Numbered from the stretch's first letter, positions 48,316 through 61,959 are shown. The stretch is DNA of 64,000 nucleotides from Mobula hypostoma (GCF_963921235.1 NC_086097.1:218242001-218306000); one strand, 5' to 3'. Program-made: numbers and translations. Notes: generated from the sequence alone by a model not told the origin.

Positions 48316-50470
48316 ATACTGCAAGAAAAAGTTGGTGAACTCTTGGCAACTGCCTGGTTTTCTGCATCAAACTACTCAAAATGTGGTCTGATCTTCATCC
48401 AAGTCACAATAATAGACAAATACAATCAGTCTAACCTAATAACACAAAACACATACTTTTCATGTCTTTATTGAATCATTCAGTGTCCAAGCTGGAAAAA
48501 AGTATGTGAACTATTGTATTTAATAACTAGTAGAACATCCTTTAGCAGCAATAACTCCACCAAATGTTTCCTGTAGCTGCTAATCAGATTAGCACAACAG
48601 CAATGAGAAACTTTAGACCATTCCTCCGTACAAAACTGTTTCAGTTTATCAATATTTCTGGCATGAACAACCCTTTTCAGGACACACCACAGTATCTCAA
48701 TAGGGTGAAGGTCTGGACTCTGACTTGGCCATTCCAAAATTCAAATTTTCTTCTTTTTAAACCATTCTGTTGTTGATTTACTCTGTGTTTCGGATGATTG
48801 TCTTGTTGTATCATCCAATTTATATTAAGCTTCAGGTGATGGACCACTACCTTGACATTCACCTGTAAAATATCTTAGTACAATTTTGAATTCATTGTTC
48901 CGTCAATGATTACAAGCTGTCTAGGTCCTGACGCAACAAAGCAGCCCCAAACCATGATGCTGCTTCTACAATGCTTCACAGTTGGGAAGAGGTTTTGGTG
49001 TTGGTGTGCAGTGCCCCTTTTTCTCCAAACACAGCTTTTCTGCCAAAAAGTTCAACTTTTGTCTCATCTGTCTACAGAAAATTGTCCCAGAAAAACTGTG
49101 AAACATCCAGGTGTTCTTCTGCAAACTTGAGACATGTAGCAATGTTATTTTTTATAGAGCAGTGGTTTCTTCAAGTCAAGTCAAATCGTCACTTTTTATC
49201 GTCACTTTTTATCGTCATTTTGACCACAACTGCTGGTGCGGTACACAGTAAAAACGAGACAACGTTTTTCAGGACCATGGTGCTACATGAACAATACAAA
49301 AACTACACTGAACTACGTAAAACAACACAAAACTACACTAGACTACAGACCTACCCAGGACTACATAACGTGCACAAAACAGTGCAGGCATTACAATAAA
49401 TAATAAACAAGACAATAGGCACAGTAGAGAGCAGTAGGTTGGTGTCAGTCCAGGCTCTGGGTATTGAGGAGTCTGATGGCTTGGGGGAAGAAACTGCTAC
49501 ATAGTCTGGTCATGACCGCCCAAATACTTCAGTGCCTTTTGCCAGACAGCAAGAGGGAGAAGAGTTTGTATGAGGGGTGCGTGGGATCCTTCATAATGCT
49601 GTTTGATTTACGGATGCAGCGTATGGTGTAAATGTCTGTGATGGTGGGAAGAGAGACCCCGATGATCTTCTCAGCTGACCTCAGTATCCGCTGCAGGGTC
49701 TTGCGATCTGAGATGGTGCAATTTCCAAACCAGGCAGTGATGCAGCTGCTCAGGATGCTCTCAGTACAACCTCTGTAGAATGTGGTGAGGATGGGGGGTG
49801 GGAGCTGGACTTTTCTCAGTCTTCACAGGAAGTAGAGACGCTGCTGGGCTTTCTTTGCTATGGAGCTGGTGTTGAGGGACCAGGTGAGATTCTCCGCCAG
49901 GTGAACACCAAGAAATTTGGTGCTCTTAACGATCTCTACATAGGAGTCGTCGATGTTCAATGGAGAGTGGTCGCTCTGTGTCCACCTGAAGTCCTCCATG
50001 GTGTCCTTCCATGAATACCATTCTTGTTCAGTATTTTTCTTATAGTGGGCACATAAACAGGGACTTTAGCAAGTTTTAGAGATTTTTGCAGGTCTTTTGC
50101 ATGGGTTCTTTTTCACCTCTTTCAGCATTGCACTTTGTGCTCTTGGTGTGACCTTTCCTCGGGAGAGGAGCAACAGTACTGAATTTCCTCCATTTGGACA
50201 CATTTCTCTTACTGTGGACTGATGAACACTCAGGTCTTTAGAAATATTTTTGCAGCCTTTTCCAGCTTCTTGCATCTCTACAATTCTTCTTCTAAGGTCC
50301 TCTGAAAGTTGTTTTGATCGAGGCATGGTGTGCATAAACAGATCATTCTTGAGAAGAGCAGGCTCTGTCGGTAAGCTGAATTTGTGTGTCTTTTTCATAG
50401 GGCTGGGAACCCCCACAACCCACACTTCCAATCTCATCTCATTGACTGGAACACCTGACTCCAAATAGCA
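48316..50470 (-). mobile_element. Tc1/mariner transposon, decayed, interrupted by a LINE
   Basis: MPRSKQLSEDLRRRIVEM..AGKGCKNISKDL (paired-like HTH), QQDNHPKH, WPSQSPDLHPIEILW; IR/DR-like repeats aaaaagt..gtgaac near 48326 and 48496. Confidence 0.9.
49172..49992 (-). mobile_element. Rex1/Babar-type LINE 3' fragment inside Tc1
   Basis: Minus strand reads KFLGVHLAENLTW...KKAQQRLYFL; tail (gactt)n; the Tc1 frame resumes on both sides. Confidence 0.85.
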
Positions 50471-51069
50471 GTTCCTCAGTTTACCCATTTTTAACCCCAT
50501 CCCTGATCTACCATTTATTATTTTAATTGGGTTTGTTATTTCATGATACTGTGTACAATTCATGTAATTGATTCAAAACAAGAAATCTTAATATGATTTG
50601 GACAGTACAAGGCCAAAGGGCAATAGTCACCCTTGGCAATACTGGATCAGCTATGCAAAGACAGATGAGAGGCAACTCAAATGCAGGAGACCAGCCGCTT
50701 TGCAAAATGATTACCAGCCCATTAACAACAGCTGACTATTCAAGACAAAATTTAGCACTGTAAAGATCCCTTCTGTTGATCATAGTCAGGAATCATTGAC
50801 AAGCAGAGATCAGGGATTTTATGGGCTGTAAGTAGTGAATACGCTGTAAAAATTCAAAATCCACTAAGTTCTTTCACTGCATTCTGAGTGTACTTAGCAT
50901 TGTTCTGTTCAAAATGACTACAATCTAGTCCCTTGTGATGAGCACCATAATTCAGGAACCATAAGGTTATTTTTGAAAATATCAAAAATAGTTTGACATT
51001 TGTATGAATGAGAGAAAATTATTCTGGTTCTTATTTTTTCATTGTTACACTGCTTTAAGCAAGCATACT

Positions 51070-51378
51070 TATATAGGCATCTGTTAGTCTCATGAGATCA
51101 TGGATTTGCGCCTTGGAAGGTTCCAGGGCACAGGTCTAGGAAAGGTTGTATGGAAGACCAGCAGTTGCCCATGCTGCAAGTCTCCCCTCTTCACGTCACC
51201 AATGTTGTACAAGGGAAGGGCACTAGGGACGATACAGCTTGGCACTGGTGTCGTCTCGGAGCAATGTGTGGTTAAGTGCATTGCTCAAGGACACAACACG
51301 CTGCCTCAGCTAAGGCTCGAACTAGCAACCTTCAGATCACTAGACCGACGCCTGAACCACTTGGCCACGCGCCAACAC
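51070..51378 (-). mobile_element. tRNA-derived SINE, full length (about 310 bp)
   Basis: 13-bp TSD aagcaagcatact at 51057-51069 and 51379-51391; A box TGGCCAAGTGG, B box AGTTCGAGCC; central tgtgtccttgagcaa.gcacttaacc motif. Confidence 0.9.
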
Positions 51379-52427
51379 AAGCAAGCATACTATCATTAGT
51401 TAAACATGCATTTGACAATTAATTAATTCAAAACAACTCTGACATCTTGTAAAGACCATGGTGGATACTTTCTGAGAAGAAGCACCAGCCAGAATTCAAG
51501 AGCAAGGAACAGACCAGGTTTTTAAATTTACTTCAAGATGTTTTAGTAGTGTATTACTTTGATGAACCAGAAGTAAGCAGAAGTAAACTTCTTAGGATGT
51601 GGGAAGTTGATGCTGGCTGATTCAAGCTACGAATGACAAAATAACAAAGTTTTTATTCAGGTTAGTAACTGGGATAAAGATGAGATGGGTCGTATCTGTT
51701 TGATGTGAGTGGCAAGATGGTGCAGGTGAGCCACAGCACGATATTGCAGGTAGCTCTTTTGCTCATTGATTGTTTACTCTGTTGGGTATGGTCCTTCATT
51801 GATTCCATTTGTGTTTCTTGGATTTATTGTGTATGCCTACTAAAAAGTGAATCTCAGGGTTGTATATTGTGATATATTCCGTACTCTGATTTTACATTTA
51901 CTTTACTTTGAGCTCTTGAAATTTGATTAAGAATGAATATATTTTGCTCACTGCACTGAAGACATCACAAACATTTAGTCTGAGGTTGCATCACAGGACT
52001 CAATAACTGAGTCAGTGAAACCAGACAAGCTTTCTTCAAGAAACTCAGCAGGTCAGGTTGCATCTATGAAAATAAATAAACAGTTGACGTTTCTGGCTGA
52101 GACCCTTATTCAGAACTGGAAAGGAAGGGGGAAGATGCCAGAATAAAAAGGTTGGGGGCGGGGGAGAGGAGGAGGATAGCGAGAAGGTGAAGCCAAATGA
52201 GAAGGAAAGTTAAAGGGCTGGAGAAGGAGGAATGATAGGAGACGAGAGTGGATCACAAGAGAAATAGAAGGAGGAGGGGCACCAGAGGGAGGTGATAAGC
52301 AAATAAGAGGCAAGACACTAGAGTATGAAATGGAAGAAGAGGGGAGGGGGGATGGAATACAAGGTGTTGCTCCTCCACCCTGAGGGTGGCCTCCTCGTGG
52401 CACAAGAGGACCCTATGGACCAACATG

Positions 52428-53424
52428 GAGTGGCAAATGGAATATAGTGTTGGGAAATTATGATAATGCATTTTGGTAAAAGAAACAATAGTGAGGACTA
52501 TTTCTAAATGGATGTGGCAAAGATCTGTGAAAGCAGAACTGAAAGAAGTAGGCATGAACTGGGTAACGGCGAGCAGCAGAATGAAAGACCACAGAAATGG
52601 AAGACCCTTGTGGAGGCCCCATGTGCCACCTAGGCACTGAGGGTTCAGACGACGAGACGACGATTTCTAAATGGAGAGAAGGTTCAAACATAAGAGATGC
52701 AATGGGACTTAGGAGTCCTTGTGCAAGACTCCCAGGTTAATTTCCAGGTTGAGTCAACGGTAAAGAAGGCAAATGCAATGTTGACATTTATTTCAAGGGG
52801 AAATAGAAAATAAAAGCAAGTAGATATCACTGAGCCTTTATAAGTCACTAGTCAGGCTGCACATGGAGCATTGTCAACAGTTTTGGGCACCATATCTCAG
52901 AAAGGATGTGTTGTTATCTGACAGAGTTCAGAGGAGGTTCACGAGGATGATTCCATGAATGAAGGGGTTAACATATGAGGAGCATTTGGCAGCTTTGGGC
53001 CTGTACTCACTGGAATTTAGAAGAATATAGGGGGATCTCATTGAAACTTAACCGAATGTTAAAAGGACTAGACAGGGTGGATGTGGAGAGTGTGTTTCCT
53101 ATGGTGGGGGTATCCAGAATTACAGGGCACAGCCTCAAAACGGAGGGGCGATCTTTTAGAACAGAGGTAAGGAAGATTTTTTTGTTAGCTAGAGAGTATT
53201 GAATCTGTGGAGTGCTCCGCCACAGACTGCGGTGGAGACCAAGTCCGTGGGTATATTTAAGGCGGAAATTGATTGTTTCCTGATCTGTCAGGGCATCAAA
53301 GGATATGGCGAGAAGGCAGGTATATGGGGTTGAGTGGGCTCTGGGATCAGCCATGATGGAATGGCGGAGAAGACTCGATAGGCTGAATGGCCTAATTCTG
53401 CTCTGATGTATTATGGTCTTATGG
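52428..53424 (+). mobile_element. CR1 LINE 3' fragment inserted in the PLE
   Basis: Close by eye to 42200-42800; tail tattatggtcttatgg. Confidence 0.85.
52513..52662 (+). mobile_element. RTE-clade LINE 3' end (150 bp)
   Basis: 13-bp TSD atttctaaatgga at 52500-52512 and 52663-52675; WQRSVKAELKEVGMNW...QKWKTLVEAPCAT*; (gac)n microsatellite tail. Confidence 0.75.
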
Positions 53425-54659
53425 AATGTTAGAATAGGAACGGGAATCAAAATTAAAATGTTTGGCCGTGGGAAAGTTCCGCTTTTGGCAAATGGAGCAG
53501 AGGTACTTGACAAAGTGGTTCCCCAATTTACGACCACTCTCACCAATGTAGAGGAGGCCGCATTGGAATACTGGACACAATAGATAACCCCAGCAAATTC
53601 GCAGGTGAAGCATTGCCTCACGTGGAAGGACTGCCTGGTGTCCTGAATGGAGGTAAGGGAGGAAGTGAATGGTCAGGTGTAGGACTTTGGTGCTTATACG
53701 GTTAAGTACCAGGAGGGAGATTAGTGGGGAAGGATGAATGGACAAAGGAATCACAGAGGGAACCATGATCCCTGCAGAAAGTGGGATGGGGGAGGAGGAG
53801 GTAAAGATATGTTTCGTGGCAGTATTCCTTTGGAGAAGGCAGAAGTTGCGGAGAAAGATGTGTTAGATGAGGAGGCTCATGGGGAGGTAGGTAACAGTGA
53901 TAGGGTTCCTCTTGTCCTTAAGGCGGTGGGAAGCTGTGGTGAGTGCAGATGTTCCGAAAATGGAGGAGATGCGGATGAGCACAGTATCAATGATGGAGGA
54001 GGAGAAACCCCATTCTTTGAAGGAGAACATTTCTGATATCCTGGAATGGAAAGCTGCATACTGGAAACAGATGCAGCGGAGAATTTCGACAAGCGAAACC
54101 CACAATGCCAACTGCTTGTTCACTCTGATATTTGTTTGTCAGTTCACTCCAACCTCCCAGTTTTCTACTATATATTTCTGTCCTTTCTTCTCCACAAGAG
54201 ATTGCTATATTGCTATCAGAATAATCACCCTATATTAACATACTGTTTTAACTGTATCCATGCTCTTCAATTTTCACTGGCAAGTAACTTCTCCATCCTA
54301 GTTATGGTGTGCTTCTCATACTATTTCAAATTTGTACTTCACCAAAGCTATCAGCAAATCCAAGGAACACGAGTGCAAGTAAAGAAGTTCAATCTATCAT
54401 AAATTGGCTATAAGCCATTACATTAAATCAACACAAGAAAATGTGAACTTCAAATATACAGACCGACAGATGGAACAGAAAGAGCAACGTGAGGGGCATA
54501 TTTTAACAAATGCAATCAAAGAGTCACAGATAAGGAATTAGACAATGCAAATAGTAAAAAGTGATATTCCTTCCTCACTCAAGCAAATGGTGACAAGAAA
54601 CATTATGTCACACTGCTCATTTCAGTGACTTCATTTCAACTAAAAAAGTAAACTAGCTT

Positions 54660-55470
54660 AGAGACACAAAAGATTGGAATCTGGACAAAAATAAAATAAT
54701 GGTAGAAATCAGCGGAATGAAAGCCGATCAGCATCTGTGGAGGCAAAGTAAAGCATTGACTGAACAAGACAGAATCCAGAAGGAAGATGGCCAGTTTATT
54801 AGTGAGAAGGAAGGGCCAGACAGAAGCTGACAGGTAAAAAGTGGAACCAGATTAGGGGGTGGGTGTGGAAATAATGGGTAGATGGATCCAGTTGCGAGAA
54901 GAGAAGGGAAATACGTTGAGATATAGGTTGACAGGTAATAAGAGAGACCAAATAATGAGAGAACGGATAAGAAAGGTGAGCCAACAGAAAAAAAAAATCC
55001 AGGTAAACGCAGAAGTGGAAGCGGCGTTTGTGAGGGGAGGGGTACTAATGGAAAAAGTGAATAATGGAAGAGCTACTTGGGGTGGACAAGCAGGTTTAGG
55101 AAACGAACATAGAAGTTAATTGACAGAAATTTGGAAAAATTGATATTCATATCATTCAGCTCTAGCAACCAAATGGACTCTGAAGTGCAGTCCTTTTGGT
55201 TTGCATTTGACCTTACTGTGGCAGTGGAGTGGGCCGAGGACAGACAAGTTTGTGTAAGAATGGAAAGGGAAATTGAAACGACATACAACTGGAAGCTTAG
55301 GATGGTGTTGCAAACAGAGTACAAGTGCTCTACAAAAGTCACCAATATAGAAGAGGCCACTTTGTGAGCATTGAGTGCATAGAATATGCTGAAAGAAGTG
55401 CACGTGAATCTCTGCCTCATTTGGAAGGGCTGTTTCAGCACCCACATGGTGGTAAGGAAAAATAAGGACA
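54660..55470 (-). mobile_element. Penelope-like element, decayed
   Basis: FQMRQRFTCTS, CSQSGLFYIG, LPVVCRFN and MNINFSKF motifs. Confidence 0.75.
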
Positions 55471-56449
55471 CTGATTTACCTCACCAAAATTTTTAATTTG
55501 CTGTATATGAATTAAAATTAACAATATGACAACGTAAGGTTTTTTCCCCAAATACTTCTGAAGTGATTAATCATCCAGATGATTACAAATAAAGGCAGAT
55601 AAAAAACTCAAGTTCTAACCTGGACTACATTTTGAAAACTAGTCATTATTTCCACTGTCTTCCTGCTAATTTTAACTATCATAACACAAATATTAAAGCT
55701 AATGAAAATTACACAACTTTCTCTTGTGCTTTTCACTATCTGTGGATTTGAAATAATTCCAGCAGGCAAATTTAACAAATAGTAATATTTGGGTTAAAAA
55801 GGATATCTGATATTAATGCAAAAACTTTTGACATACTTCGCATCCATCAGCCCTAGGACAGAAAAGTGTCTATGTTAAGCCTGCACCAAAAAGAATACTG
55901 ACGATCATTTGCTGTGAAATCGCACATTTAATGTGGTCATTATCCAATACATTCTGTATCATGGACAGATGATGAACTTTGTTGTTTCCAATTAGCTCAA
56001 GTGTTATAAAACATAAGCCAGAAATTTACTCACAGCTGTTCTACTCTGCTGCTACACCTTTGGTAGTTGCAGTCTAAAAATTTTGTTCCAATGTACTTTT
56101 TTTAAGACACCTAGAGAGCTTATGCCAAAAAGGCAAGCACACGTTGTTTGCAGCATAACATATACTATTTAAGAAATTAAATGTTTCATGCAAGCTATTG
56201 TACAAGCAAAATTAACTCACTACAAAGTGCAAATATGTATAAACAAAAACAATATACAAGTAAAGCAGAAAAACTACCAATCTTTCCAATCAAGTTAGTC
56301 AGAGCCATTTTATTTGCTGACCAGGATGCTTATCTAAGCTAATTACATTTGCCTGTGTTTGACCAATATCCCTTTAAAACTTTCCTTTTTATATAGCTTC
56401 CACCTGACTTTTAAATGTTACTGAACCTACCTTACATACTTCCTCAGGG

Positions 56450-57682
56450 AGCATCCTCCATGAAGGCGAACCCGTGGAAAGCATCTAGCCCAGATGGGGT
56501 ACTGGCCAGATACTAATGACCTGAACTGATCAACTGGTTTCAATTGTACTGGTGCCCAAGAAGAATGTGGTAGCCTGCCTCAAAGTACTATCATTCAGTA
56601 GTACTTACTTCCACTATGAAGTGCTGTGAGATATTGCTGAAGAAACATTAACTCCTGTCCGAGAAGCAAATTGGATCCGCTCAAAGTTGTCTACCGTCGC
56701 AAGTCAATAGCAGATACCATTTTAAAGGCTCTTCACTGAACCCTGGAGTATCTGGACAGCCAGGATGCATACATCAGGATACTCTTTATTGACTTAGCTC
56801 TGCATTCAATATTATCATCCCCTCAAAACTAATCAATAAGCTTCAAGACCTTGGCCTCAATACCACCTTGTGTAAATGGATCCTCAATTTCCTCACTTGC
56901 AAACCCAAATTAGTTTGGTTTGGCATCAACTTTTCCTCCACAATCTCCATCAGCTCACAGGTGTACCACAAGGTTCTCTGCTTAGCGCCCCTCCACCCGC
57001 TCTACTCACTTTATACTTATAATTGTGTGGCTGAACACAGCTCCAAGGCCACAGTTAAATTTGCTGATGACAGCATTGGATCAAAGGTGATGAGGAATCA
57101 ACGTATAGGAGAGAGATTAAAATTTTGGCTGAGTGGTGCCACAACAGCAATCTTTTACTCAATGTCAGCAAGACTAAGAAGCTGATTATTGATTTCAGGA
57201 GGAGAAAACCTGAGTCCATGAGCCAGTTCTCATTGAGATATCAGAAGTGGAGATGGTCAGCAACTTTAAATTCCTTGGTGTTATCATTTCAGATGATCTG
57301 TCCTGGGTCAAGCACGTAACGCCATTACGAAGAAAGCACAGCAGCACATCTACTTTCTTATAAGTTTGCGAAGATTCAGCATGCCATCTAAAACTCTGGC
57401 AAACTTCTATACATGTATGCTGGAGAATGTATTGACGGTTTGCATCATGGCCTGGTACAGAAGCACCAATGCCCTTGAATAGAAAAGCCTACAAAAGGTG
57501 GTGGATATGGCACAGTCCATCATTGGTAAACACTCCCCACCACTGAGCACATCTACACAGAGGGCCATTGTAGGAAAACAGCATCCATCATCTAGGTACT
57601 ATTTTTGCCTGCATGAAAATGAATCTCAGGGTTGTATATAGTGACAAATATGTACTCTGACAATAAATTTATCTTGAACTTT
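56450..57682 (+). mobile_element. Rex1/Babar-type LINE RT region with deletions, inserted in a minus-strand CR1 tail
   Basis: LCKWILNFLT, VKFADDS, EWCHNSNLLLNVSKTKKLIIDFRR; family tail at about 57660-57682. Confidence 0.85.
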
Positions 57683-57684
57683 GT

Positions 57685-57975
57685 TCCATATATGCACCAC
57701 CCCATGCATGAAAAAGATGTTCTGAAATCCCTTTAAAAAACTTTACCCTTTCAATTTAAATCAGTGTTCTCTAGTTTTTCCATGCTCTTTCCCTGGGTAA
57801 TCGACTGTGGATTCACCTAATATATGCCCTCAATCATTTTATACCCATCTATAAGGTCATCCCTTAGTCAAATGAATAAACTTCTAGCCTGCCCAACCAC
57901 CTTCTGAATCTCACATCTGTAGTCAGTCCTGGATATATTTTCATTGATCTTCTTTGCACCCTTTCCTGCATATGT
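57685..57975 (-). mobile_element. Old CR1 3' fragment (continues at about 56285-56450)
   Basis: Reverse complement resembles CR1 3' coding and UTR sequence seen elsewhere in the window. Confidence 0.55.
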
Positions 57976-59489
57976 TGAAACTAAAAAGCTTTGCTGTAAA
58001 GAATTCAATCAAGGGCACTGGCTCTTCTTTTTGTAGATTCTGCTTGGTTTGCTGAGAGTTCTCAGCATTCTCTATTTTTGTTTCAGATCTTCTGATCAAC
58101 GTCTTGCATCTCTACCATTTCCTTCTCGTCCCCCTCACTCCTCTATTTTCGTCATTTGTGTTTGTGTCTTCTCCTGACAAATCATCTGAGTAGATGCCAT
58201 CAATGTCTTCGGGATTCCCTGTCAGAGACAGTCCTTTGTATCTCTCTGTATTTTTTTACCTCTCTAAAATTTAAAATACATATGATTTCAAAATCTGATA
58301 CCAGTCATCAGCCTGATATATTGATTTGGCCTTTCCCTCCAATGCTCCTGCCAGACTCATTTCCAACATTTTGTTTTTATTATAATATTGTTCCTGACAA
58401 TGCTACCATTTTCAGTTGGATTCAACATCGGTTGACAGATTGATTCACATCTGCGAACATTTTGAGCTAGCCTTGAAGGCTAAAATCAACTGTAGGAAGA
58501 GCAAGACCATACTCTTTGGCAACTAGCCCCACCGATCCAACGTTCACCACTGTCAACTGGCTATCTGAAGCTACTGCGAATCTGATTTGGAGGAGCCAAG
58601 GTACGTAAAAATTGTTTGGAGTGATTAAGAAAAGTTCAACAAAAATTGGGGATACAGAAGTGATAGTTTCTCGATAGCAGGCAAAAAACAAGGTCATCAG
58701 GTGCAAAGTGCCCTCAGTATTTCTGTTCCTGGTGCAACGTGGCTCATACCCTGTTCCTCTGTCCTGGCAATCACCCGAGCCAGCTTCCATTTCGTCTTGA
58801 GATCTAACAGTTTAGCATTAAATTTCCTCGGACAGGCCAATTATCTTATGGCTTGTCCAATAATTATCTTTCACCAGGCAGGGCCAGTTTAAATGATTAT
58901 TAACGAGTTTGCATTATCACATTGTGAAATTAGTAGCCAAGTTTCCATGCATCATATTAATGAGTACATTTCAAAATATTTAATTGTTTGCTGAAATCAT
59001 ATAATAGCACTCTTATCAAATCAGAATGTTAATGATAAAAGGTACTACCATAGGGACCCAAGTATAAAATATTGAGTAATTCCAGTTCAGTGGTGATGGA
59101 AAACTGAACTGAGGTTGATAACATTGTGAATTTCAGATAACAAATTCAACCTTGCAGAAACCACAAATCAATACCAAAATATCTGAGAAATGGAATACAA
59201 TTCACTCACAGAATTTATATAGAAAGGAAGTTTCTTTTCCACTAACATTTCTTGAAACATTCACAAAATGCATAGCTTCTGTTTCAGAAAAATCGTGGCA
59301 AGGATCATATTTCTAGGAACGCAAACTTCTCCCCTACCTAATGCAGAGGTCACTTTATCTCCATAAGGGATAACTTGTGGCTTGGATTTGACTCAAGTGT
59401 ATCACTAGCCCCATAAATTTATGCACACACAATTTCTTCAACTAACCTACACCATCCCAGATTGGAATAATTAAAAAAGAGATTTTATG

Positions 59490-60020
59490 CTTTAGGACAT
59501 GGAGTAACGGCAGATGAAAATTGATCCCAACAAGTGCAAGGTGATGCCTTTTAGGAGGTCAAATATGGATGGGACATACATCATGAATGACAGAGAACTG
59601 CAAACAAAATGATGGACATTCCACTGATCCCAAAAGGTAGGGCAAGGGATGAGAAGAGATATTGAATGCTGGCCTTCATTAGTTGGATATAGAAGAGCAT
59701 GGGTGCTTAGAAAACTTTGGTTAAGTCACAGCTGACGTGGTACAAGTATGTGATCGCAACGGAGAAGACGCACAAGAGATTTAGCATGATGTTGCTTGGA
59801 ATGGAATGTTTCATTTATAGGGACAATCTGGACAGATTAGATTTATTTTCCTTTGAGTGGAGGAAGCTAAGAGAAAAATTAATAGAGGTATACAAAATGA
59901 TGAGATATATATAAGAAACTTTTCATAGAGCAGACTTCTGAAACCTGATAAACAGGATTATTGTAAATGGGTACACAGTCAGCTAGAATAGGTGGGAGGA
60001 AGAACCTGTTTCTATGACTT
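59490..60020 (+). mobile_element. Old CR1 3' fragment
   Basis: KCKVM.F.R, Y.D.LDRLDLFSFEWRKLREKLIEVYKMM. Confidence 0.65.
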
Positions 60021-61122
60021 AAGAGCTTGCATACAAGTACACCACCTCTAAACTAACTCTCAAGCATTCTCACTCTCATTCCTTTCTGCTCCAGATTCAG
60101 CTTCCTTTCAGAGGTGCAAGAGGCAGCAGTATTCAAGGCTTCTGGACTGTGATGTTGAACCATTGAAGCAATGGGAAGGATGTGAACACTGATACTGCAA
60201 TTGTTAACAAAACACCAATAAATGGACTCCACCACCTCACAAGTCTGATGATGCATAAAGCCTTGCCACTCCTGGTGAAGTTGCCCCATAACTGGAGGAG
60301 ACTGAATAAAGTAAGCCAAGTCAACGGTATCAGCACAAGTAGAAGAACAGGTGCATCAGATATGTAGTGAAGGAAGCATTCTATAATAAGAACAACATTC
60401 ATTAAGAAATCTAAGTACAGTACTTCCAAATTTGGTTTGCAGCTATACAAGGTCCCCCCAACACTCCCTCTCCCACACACAAGCAGCAGAAAGGCAACGC
60501 ACCCCCCTCCACCCCCACCAGCAAAAAAGTGGTTACATCATGGATGCTTCTTTTATGGTGTTTGGCCTAGCCTGATGATTTCTGGTCTGTCATCTGTCTG
60601 ATTATCCTCTATACTCTGCATATGTGGAAAATTGATGTCCTATATCAAAATCATGTCTGCAGCCAAATTTCTTTTTTGGTACAGGAAACGCCGAACAATA
60701 TTGGACTGATAGCAGCCCTAGCTGAACTGTAAGAGAGGGTTGTTAAATTAAAATCCTATCTGCTCTCTTCGGTGGATGCACACGATCCTATTGTACAACT
60801 TCAAGAAGGAACAAGGGTATTACCCTTTACATTGTTCTTTCTTCAACTTCAAGGAACAGACTAGTAATTATCACATTGCTTTGTGAGAGCTTGTAAACTG
60901 GCTACAGAAAGTTACTACATGATGACTGCAACTGCACTTTAAATGCCCTGCATTTCCCATTCAGTGTTTTAGGATAACCTAAGAAAAATTTCTCTCATTC
61001 CACCCCACCCCCCCCATGACATTCTGAAAACTCCAAGTTTTCTTCCTTTACTGTTGCTTCAAGCAGATTCCTAGAGCCTTTTGTAGAATTGCAAGCTTCC
61101 TTTACATTACAATCTACATATA

Positions 61123-61892
61123 CAGTGGATTCCAGTTAATTGGGTCATCAGTTAATCAGGGTGCAGCCGCTTTTTCAGACAATTCTTAAAACACAAAAAG
61201 TAATTGGGAAAATTGCCAAATTTTCCTTTGTTTATTTGGAACACTATGCCGCTTAATTGGGACAGAAGGCTATGCCAAACAGTTTCTAGCTAGCGAAAGT
61301 CACATGCATTTGCGTGATTGTTAGACACAACACTACTTCGAGTAAACAGCTTTAAATAGTATCAGTTGCGTGTGTTGGTGTTCAAAAAACAGTGATTTTT
61401 GTCACTAACAGTGGCAAGAAATAAGCAGCAAGATAATTCAGAACTGTTTCGCTCACTGTGGTTTCTAGCAATCAGGCTTGGAGATGCCAGAAAGGGCTAG
61501 GAGTGAAAATGAAACAATTTCACAATTTCAACAAGTTAGGGACTATGAAGAATTTGAAGATATTGACAATAAACTTGAATGCTACAATGAAAATGAATAT
61601 CGAGGATGCAATTATCAACAGCTTTGTATGACGACAGTCCATAATCTGTCCTGATTACAGTCAAAAGAACGTGACATGGATGAATTCCTCTGTCAATAGG
61701 TATTGGGAACTAAAACAGTTTTATAGTACTGCAGTAGTATTGGTAGTGTTCTAATTTCATTTAAATAAATAATTTATTACTCAGTTTGTCTTTTTTTTTA
61801 TACCATTTTAACTATTTCCATGACCATAGCTAATTGTAGTAGCTGCTTAATTGGTCCAAAATGTATGTGTCCCAATTAACCAGAATCCTGTG
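61123..61892. mobile_element. Tigger/pogo-like MITE (second copy)
   Basis: TA-CAGTGGATTCCAGTTAATTGGG ... CCCAATTAACCAGAATCC; collinear with 29469-30222. Confidence 0.8.
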
Positions 61893-61959
61893 GTGTTCTA
61901 GTCTGGGGGTTTTACAATCCACAGTATAGGCCAGATGGCAGCATTGGGTAAGGGAAAAG

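Larger units (their letters stand above)
52030..54085 (-). mobile_element. Penelope-like element (GIY-YIG endonuclease remnant plus hammerhead-like tail), split by a CR1
   Basis: FTC...VIYC, CGLLYIGESGRKLGNHF, PTAKHFN, EATLRVEEQHLVF; hammerhead-like motif at 52081-52118. Confidence 0.85.

Noticed and set aside
56034..56073. Possible upstream exon (CNYQRCSSRVEQL) with a gtgagt donor
   Set aside because: Weak exon-side consensus and phase not compatible with the other candidates.
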